DNA of 63,610 nucleotides from a virus (taxonomy: Duplodnaviria > Caudoviricetes). This document shows, in pieces, positions 58,233 to 63,610 of this stretch. Under the pieces are notes generated by a model. It ran no database searches. It was given only the letters and a program-made list of their open reading frames with translations, and was not told the DNA's origin. The first letter of the stretch is position 1; each line of letters begins with the position of its first letter. Both the position numbers and the translations under genes were made by a program. Where the stretch lies: positions 1 to 63,610 of the IMG/VR virus record IMGVR_UViG_3300010048_000010. One strand, written 5' to 3'.

Positions 58233-59249
58233 ATGCCGGAGAACAATGCGAGAGAGACAACGCTGCTGCAAACGCTGAGGTTTGTGAAGGGAGGAGTGAG
58301 CCGGAAGGAACACCTCCCAGTTCTCCAACACTTCCTGATCCGCAACGGGGAGATACAGAGCAGTAACGGTATCATCGCGCTGTCGTCGCCTTTCCCGCTA
58401 GCGATGGAGTGCCAGCCATTAGCCACCCCATTTATCAGCGCGATAGGCGCGTGCGAGCGCCTAGATGCCATTCCAGCATTTTCCATGCAGAAAAATGGCA
58501 GTTTGAGGCTTGTAGCTGGCAAGTTTCGGGTGAGTATAAATTGCAGCCCCGATGAATATCCGCGCTATCAACCGGAAGGTCATTACATAGAATTGCAGCC
58601 GGGGCTATTAAAAGCGTTCACAATACTGGAGCCGTTCGTCGGTGAGGACGCAAGTCGTCCTTGGGCGCGTGGCATCCTGGTTCGCGATGGTTCAGCCTTC
58701 GCCACAAACAATGTGGTCATCGGCCAGTATTGGCTTGGCTGGAAGTTTAGCTTCGACATGAACATTCCCGACGAGTGTGTTCGGGAGGTGATTCGTGTTA
58801 AGAAAGAACCGATTGGCCTTACTGCGTCTGATCGCTCGATCACCTTTCATTACAACGACGGGCGGTGGATTCGAACTCAGCTACTTACTACTATATGGCC
58901 CGCAGTGGAACCCGTATTGGACAGACCTTCCAATGCTACAAACATTCCATCGGACTTCTTCGATGGGCTTAGCTACCTCGAACCCTATTGTGACCAGCAT
59001 AGGTCCGTACATTTTAAGGATAACCGAACGCTATCCACACATATCGATGATGGACAGGGCGCAACTTATGAACTTGAGACGCCGCTTGGACCTGATGGAA
59101 CGAAGGGTCGTTACAACCTCGACCAGCTTAGACACCTGGATGGATTGGTGGCTGTCATCGACTTCGCTTTATACCCTGCACCCGCAACTTTCTTCAGCGA
59201 TAATGCTACGCCGTTTCGTGGAGCAATTGTGGGTATGCGAGACCTCTAA
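58233..59249 (+). CDS. DNA polymerase III beta-clamp-like protein
   Basis: L.FVKG.VS.K...PVL.HF, ASRPWA.G, ATNN; ~338 aa upstream of the polymerase; GGAGG RBS. Confidence 0.65.
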   Translation: MPENNARETTLLQTLRFVKGGVSRKEHLPVLQHFLIRNGEIQSSNGIIALSSPFPLAMECQPLATPFISAIGACERLDAIPAFSMQKNGSLRLVAGKFRVSINCSPDEYPRYQPEGHYIELQPGLLKAFTILEPFVGEDASRPWARGILVRDGSAFATNNVVIGQYWLGWKFSFDMNIPDECVREVIRVKKEPIGLTASDRSITFHYNDGRWIRTQLLTTIWPAVEPVLDRPSNATNIPSDFFDGLSYLEPYCDQHRSVHFKDNRTLSTHIDDGQGATYELETPLGPDGTKGRYNLDQLRHLDGLVAVIDFALYPAPATFFSDNATPFRGAIVGMRDL

Positions 59250-59260
59250 AGGAGAACAAC

Positions 59261-59491
59261 ATGTCCTGCCCCCGTTGCGGTTCGAGTGACTTGTGGGATG
59301 ATAATCTCTGGTGGGGATGCAATTTCTGTGGTTGGGCTATGGGACCGGATGGTCCAACCATGTTTTTCGCTGTAGATAAACCCGGTCTTGCAAAAGACTT
59401 AAAAGATATACCAACTCCTTACCCATTCATTCGCGTCGTACCCAATGAAAACAATACTGAAAATCCTGAAAGTGACTTGGAGAACGATTGA
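59261..59491 (+). CDS. small Zn-ribbon protein
   Basis: CPRC...CNFC; GGAG RBS. Confidence 0.55.
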   Translation: MSCPRCGSSDLWDDNLWWGCNFCGWAMGPDGPTMFFAVDKPGLAKDLKDIPTPYPFIRVVPNENNTENPESDLEND

Positions 59492-59609
59492 AGTCTGCGT
59501 TATCTTGGCGTTGCTGACTTTAGCATCGCTGCTGTTCTTCTTCTATCCGAAAGACCACGTGACGGCTTGCACATGCGATTCGAACGTCACTAACAAACAG
59601 ATTCACTAA

Positions 59610-60065
59610 ATGTCACATCATCCATATGTCGAAGAAGATTACTACTATAGCGTAGTAAGTGATCGACTGTACGCATGCGGAAGAAGAGTGCATACTCAAA
59701 AATTCGGGAGCGGCGGATACCGAGGCTATCTATTCTGTGGCAAAGTATACGCTGCTCACCGACTTATATGGTATCTTGTTACCGGTGCATGGCCGGAACA
59801 CGATATTGACCATATCAATCGGAATAGATCAGACAATCGCTGGCTAAACTTTCGTGAAGCTGACGATAAAACTCAACCGCAAAATCGCGGAGCGAATAAA
59901 AATAACAAACTTAGAATAAAAGGTATTCGAAAGAACCATGGAAAGTATGAAGCGCGCATAACAAAAGAATATAAAACAATTAGCTTAGGTCTGTTTGATA
60001 CTCTGGAAGAAGCAATCGACGCGCGCAAGAAAGCTGAACAGGAGTATTTCACTCATGCGTTTTGA
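59610..60065 (+). CDS. HNH homing endonuclease with AP2-like C-terminal domain
   Basis: AHRLIW...IDHINRNRSDNR..N; YEARI.....SLG.FDT.EEA..AR..AE. Confidence 0.85.
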   Translation: MSHHPYVEEDYYYSVVSDRLYACGRRVHTQKFGSGGYRGYLFCGKVYAAHRLIWYLVTGAWPEHDIDHINRNRSDNRWLNFREADDKTQPQNRGANKNNKLRIKGIRKNHGKYEARITKEYKTISLGLFDTLEEAIDARKKAEQEYFTHAF

Positions 60066-62040
60066 TGATACGGGTTTATTTTGGAGCGATTGGAAGCCAC
60101 CAAAAGTAGTCAAGACCAAGGTAGTCAGGAACCCGCCGGACCCAGTCTGGCTATCACCTGACTACCTGCCGTATCTTGATGAAGCTCTGGAGTTTGACCC
60201 GCCACAGTTCACCGACGAAGAACTTATACAGGCTGCTCTATTGAAAGAGCGGCTTGTATGGGACATTGAAAGTTATCCCAACTACTGGTGCTGCTGCTTT
60301 CTGTCTATCGACAGCGGCAAATGCATTTATTTTGAGTCTAGCGACGATGAAGAACTCTGGTTCAATAAATCAAAGCTCGACTGGGTGTTACGAAACTTCC
60401 AGCTTATCGACTTCAATGGAGAAAAATACGATAGACACATTGCGGCTATTGCAGTTAAATCTGGAACTGACTGTTGGGATTTGTGGGACGCTACTCAAAG
60501 GATCATCAACTATAACGAACCCGGATGGCTGGTTGCCAGAAGTTACGGCACTCGTAAACTCAATATCAACCACATCGACTTGTATGAACTTACTCCTCTC
60601 GCGCCTAGCCTCAAAACAATGGCCGGGAGACTCGGTTCCCCCTTGATGATGGACCTCCCGTTTAAACCGGGAACTGAATTGAGATACGAACAAAGCCGGA
60701 TCGTGTTCTGGTACTGCTTCAACGACCTTCGCAACACCTGGTTGCTGTATTGCGCGCATCAGGAAAATATTGAACTGCGCCAGTCCATCGGGCCAAGATA
60801 TCAGCTAGACCTCCGGTCTAAGTCTGATGCACAAATGGCCGAAGCAATTTTCCGTAAGGAAACATTTAGGCGCACCGGTGCGCAGCCTACGCCACAAAAA
60901 ATCCGTGCTGGCCACAAGTTCTTTTTCCGCATGCCTGATTGGATCACGTACCTAACCACAGACTTGCAATGGGTACGCTCGATGGTAGCGGATACGCCAT
61001 TCGAAATAAGCGATACCGGATACATCAGGATGCCGGAATTGTTGGCAGACTTGGTAATTCCAATCGGCGGTAATCGCTATAAAATGGGCATTGGTGGCCT
61101 ACATTCACAGGAAGAAAGCAGAGCGGTCGTTGCTAATTCGCAATACATGCTTTTCGACTTCGATGTGCCGAGCTATTATCCTAAGCTCATTCTAGGCAGC
61201 GGCATGTACCCGCCGTCTATTGGACCAATTTTCATTCCCATCTATCAAACGATTGTCGATGAACGGCTAGCAGCAAAAGCCGCTCACTTCAAGGTCAAAG
61301 CAGACGCCTTGAAGATTGTGGTCAACGGTACGTTTGGCAAGACCCTTGATCCCTACTCGATAATGTACTATCCCGAGCTAGGTATTCAGACCACTATCAG
61401 CGGACAGTTGGCCCTTTTGATGTTAATTGAACGGGTCACGCTGGCTGGCTTCGATGTGGTTAGTGCAAATACAGACGGGGTGACGATACGCTGTCGACGC
61501 GATGCAGGAGCGTTACTTCATAAAATCGTCAAAGGATGGGAGCAGGATAGCGGGCTGGAGTTAGAGCCTACTGAGTATGCGGCGCTATACAGTCGTGATG
61601 TCAACAACTATATAGCGGTCAAAGCAGATGGAACAACTAAGACTAAAGGAGTGTTCGGCGAAGCCGGACTGAAGAAGAACCCGCAGATTGAAGTATGCTC
61701 TGACGCGGTAGTGGCTTACCTAACGAAAGGAACTCCACTTCATGTCAGCATTAATGGTTGTCTGGACATTAATAAGTTCGTCAGTGTTCGCAATGTGCGT
61801 GGCGGATGTGCTAAAGTTTATCCGGCGCATACGGAATACATCGGAAAGGTGGCGCGATGGGCGTACTTCAAAGGTGAGACAGGAGAAATAATCACGTGCA
61901 ACAAGGGGCATCTTGTACCGACCACAGAGAATGCGCGACCAATGATGCGCTATGATTCTGAGTTCCCTGTAGGGCTAGATTATGAGTACTATCATAGGGT
62001 CGCTACCGACCATTTGACTTCATTAGGACTCCAAATTTAG
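60055..62040 (+). CDS. DNA polymerase, family B-like, with 3'-5' exonuclease
   Basis: Exo motifs WDIESY, FNG..YD, YC.ND; Pol motifs DVPSYYP, K.VVNGTFGK, NTDG. Confidence 0.88.
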   Translation: MRFDDTGLFWSDWKPPKVVKTKVVRNPPDPVWLSPDYLPYLDEALEFDPPQFTDEELIQAALLKERLVWDIESYPNYWCCCFLSIDSGKCIYFESSDDEELWFNKSKLDWVLRNFQLIDFNGEKYDRHIAAIAVKSGTDCWDLWDATQRIINYNEPGWLVARSYGTRKLNINHIDLYELTPLAPSLKTMAGRLGSPLMMDLPFKPGTELRYEQSRIVFWYCFNDLRNTWLLYCAHQENIELRQSIGPRYQLDLRSKSDAQMAEAIFRKETFRRTGAQPTPQKIRAGHKFFFRMPDWITYLTTDLQWVRSMVADTPFEISDTGYIRMPELLADLVIPIGGNRYKMGIGGLHSQEESRAVVANSQYMLFDFDVPSYYPKLILGSGMYPPSIGPIFIPIYQTIVDERLAAKAAHFKVKADALKIVVNGTFGKTLDPYSIMYYPELGIQTTISGQLALLMLIERVTLAGFDVVSANTDGVTIRCRRDAGALLHKIVKGWEQDSGLELEPTEYAALYSRDVNNYIAVKADGTTKTKGVFGEAGLKKNPQIEVCSDAVVAYLTKGTPLHVSINGCLDINKFVSVRNVRGGCAKVYPAHTEYIGKVARWAYFKGETGEIITCNKGHLVPTTENARPMMRYDSEFPVGLDYEYYHRVATDHLTSLGLQI

Positions 62041-62178
62041 ACCAAAATACAGATGCAAACAAGCCCAGCCCCATTTAAAATAGCTTTATGGAATTAAGCA
62101 ATAACGATTTCTAGGCGAAAGCCTAAAACCGCACGCCGAAGGCGGCTAACTTCGGTATCCTATAGGAGCAGTACAATC

Positions 62179-62538
62179 ATGAAGAAGACCATCATTGCAG
62201 CACTGCTGGCATTCGGTACGGCATCGGCCTTCGCAGCTTCGGCTGTCGGTGGCATCGCTGGTTCGGCATCGGGCGCAAACTCCTTCGCCGCAACGGGCGT
62301 CGTGGGCAACGGCGCTTCCATCGCTGGTACCACGAACGCAACGCAGGGCACGGCGACCGTCGTATCGGTTGCTGGCACGGGGAACGGTGGCGGTGCAGCG
62401 GGCGTGCAAACGACCGCAGGCACGACCTCGACGGGTCTCTCGGTCGGCGCACATACGGGCGGTGGCTTCGATCTGACGGGCGGTGCAGCCGGTTCGCAGT
62501 CGGGTTCGGCAGGCTTCGGCGCATTCCTCAAGTTCTAA
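62179..62538 (+). CDS. secreted Gly/Ala/Thr/Ser-rich protein 1
   Basis: AGGAG RBS; signal peptide MKKTIIAALLAFGTASAFA; ends in Phe. Confidence 0.75.
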   Translation: MKKTIIAALLAFGTASAFAASAVGGIAGSASGANSFAATGVVGNGASIAGTTNATQGTATVVSVAGTGNGGGAAGVQTTAGTTSTGLSVGAHTGGGFDLTGGAAGSQSGSAGFGAFLKF

Positions 62539-62603
62539 TCGGCTGAACGGCGGCGGTGACCGTTTCATGGGCGACGCCGCCGCCTAACCGACTAGGAGCT
62601 ATC

Positions 62604-62951
62604 ATGAGGAAAGCACTCGTCGCAGCACTGCTTGGCGCAGCGGCACTGGGCGCACAAGCACAAAGCCTCACGACTGGCGTCACGACTGGCGTTCTCAACA
62701 ACGGGAGCGTCATTACTGGCACTGCTCAAGCGGCTTTCGGCAATCAGACTCTCACTCTCAATGTTGGGGCTGGCGGTAACAACCTCTCATCGGTGAAGAC
62801 GGGTCCGGGGCCGGGCGTTTCAATCAGTAGCATGTCGGCTGGTCTTTCTATCGGGTCAACACTCGGCGGCGGGGTCGGCGGAACTGGTGGGACTGCGGGG
62901 AATACTTCAGGGCTAAGTCTTCCAGCCTTGGCGTTACCCCCAGGTTTCTAG
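62604..62951 (+). CDS. secreted Gly/Thr/Ser-rich protein 2 (115 aa)
   Basis: AGGAG RBS, ATG 62604; signal peptide MRKALVAALLGAAALGAQA; ends in Phe. Confidence 0.7.
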   Translation: MRKALVAALLGAAALGAQAQSLTTGVTTGVLNNGSVITGTAQAAFGNQTLTLNVGAGGNNLSSVKTGPGPGVSISSMSAGLSIGSTLGGGVGGTGGTAGNTSGLSLPALALPPGF

Positions 62952-62960
62952 CAGGACGGA

Positions 62961-62981
62961 GCCGCCCTACGGGGCGGTTTT
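62961..62981 (+). terminator. putative intrinsic terminator
   Basis: GCCGCCC-TACG-GGGCGGT followed by TTT. Confidence 0.5.
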
Positions 62982-62999
62982 AAATTGAATGGGGTGAAC

Positions 63000-63610
63000 A
63001 TGAAAAAGACCATCTTGATGACCACATTGGCACTTGCGGCAGTCACCGCATTTGGCCAAACAGCAACCTCGGGATCAGATTCGAACTCGACTTCGGGATC
63101 GACTTCTGGCGCGCTGGCGGTCGGTGGCGGACTCGGCACATCGACACTAAACTCCACTATCGGCAACCGTAATAGCAATACCGCGCGAGGCGGGGCGGGC
63201 GGCAACGGATCAGCTACCAACAGCGTGACTGTGAACCTCGGTAGCGCTGGCGACCCGTCGAGCGGAACTGGCTCTGGCGCACAGCCAGTCGCGAACGCAC
63301 AAGACCCTGTTGGGTCGAGCAGCAATCCATACCACGAAAATATTAAGACAGTCGGTAATCCCGGCGCAATGTCTTTCGGGGTCTCATTCAGTCAATACAA
63401 CTGCGCTAACACCGCGGGTGCGGGCGTGGGTTTTATGGGTGGTGTCGTCCAGTTAGGGGGCGGACTGGAGTCGGCACCATGCAATGCACGGGCCAACGCT
63501 TCGGCATTTTTCCAGATCGCACAGACTCTTGCACAATCGAATCCAGCACTTTCTTCGCAGCTTTTTCACGCCGCAATTCTGCTGATTGGCAACTCGACCA
63601 AGGACACGCA
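63000..63610 (+). CDS. secreted protein 3, N-terminal part (309 aa in total if joined to 1..319)
   Basis: Signal peptide MKKTILMTTLALAAVTAFG; Ser/Gly-rich region, then a two-Cys domain (YNCANTAGAGVG...ESAPCNAR); no stop before the window end. Confidence 0.8.
   Translation, partial: MKKTILMTTLALAAVTAFGQTATSGSDSNSTSGSTSGALAVGGGLGTSTLNSTIGNRNSNTARGGAGGNGSATNSVTVNLGSAGDPSSGTGSGAQPVANAQDPVGSSSNPYHENIKTVGNPGAMSFGVSFSQYNCANTAGAGVGFMGGVVQLGGGLESAPCNARANASAFFQIAQTLAQSNPALSSQLFHAAILLIGNSTKDT

Noticed and set aside
59610-62040. Group I intron or intein in the polymerase
   Set aside because: The polymerase ORF is continuous with all motifs, and the HNH gene lies upstream, not inside it
62120-62160. Fluoride riboswitch or 16S rRNA fragment (AACCGC...GCTAAC, CGGCTAACTTCG)
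   Set aside because: Lacks the GGCGAUGG P1 and UGAC pseudoknot elements; the rRNA-like match is only about 12 nt

Overview
This window is most likely a complete, circularly permuted ~63.6 kb genome of a lytic podovirus-like dsDNA phage: the last ORF reads in frame across the end/start junction, and no integrase is visible. The minus strand (621-28533) carries lysis genes, six tail-fibre/adhesin paralogues, ejection proteins, tail nozzle and adaptor, major capsid, scaffold, portal and TerL. A small plus-strand block (28750-30515) holds a Tad2-like DUF2829 gene and a displaced TerS-like gene. The early/replication arm encodes a primase-helicase, a VRR-NUC nuclease, Sak4-like ATPase, DUF669 SSB, Cas4-like exonuclease, SF2 helicase, beta-clamp-like protein, a family-B-like polymerase and a 7-deazaguanine pathway (queE, queC, queD, folE, dpdA-like). 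The standout feature is 50569-52772: a Ro60 (TROVE-vWA) gene preceded by five tandem Y-RNA-like cassettes. They share a covarying scaffold (NNNN-TGGTG...TTCC-N'N'N'N') but carry different cargo. Two cargos are complete circularly permuted tRNAs including anticodon arms (TGG, GCT), two others show anticodon-like or T-arm hairpins, and the leader has an HDV-ribozyme-like topology. Other notable patterns are three small basic head-region proteins sharing a C-terminal KLGNH(YSNT) tag, three dispersed paralogues of one putative DNA-binding domain, and a three-gene cassette of secreted Gly/Ser/Thr-rich proteins. All calls come from reading motifs and base pairing by eye; no database searches or folding programs were run.
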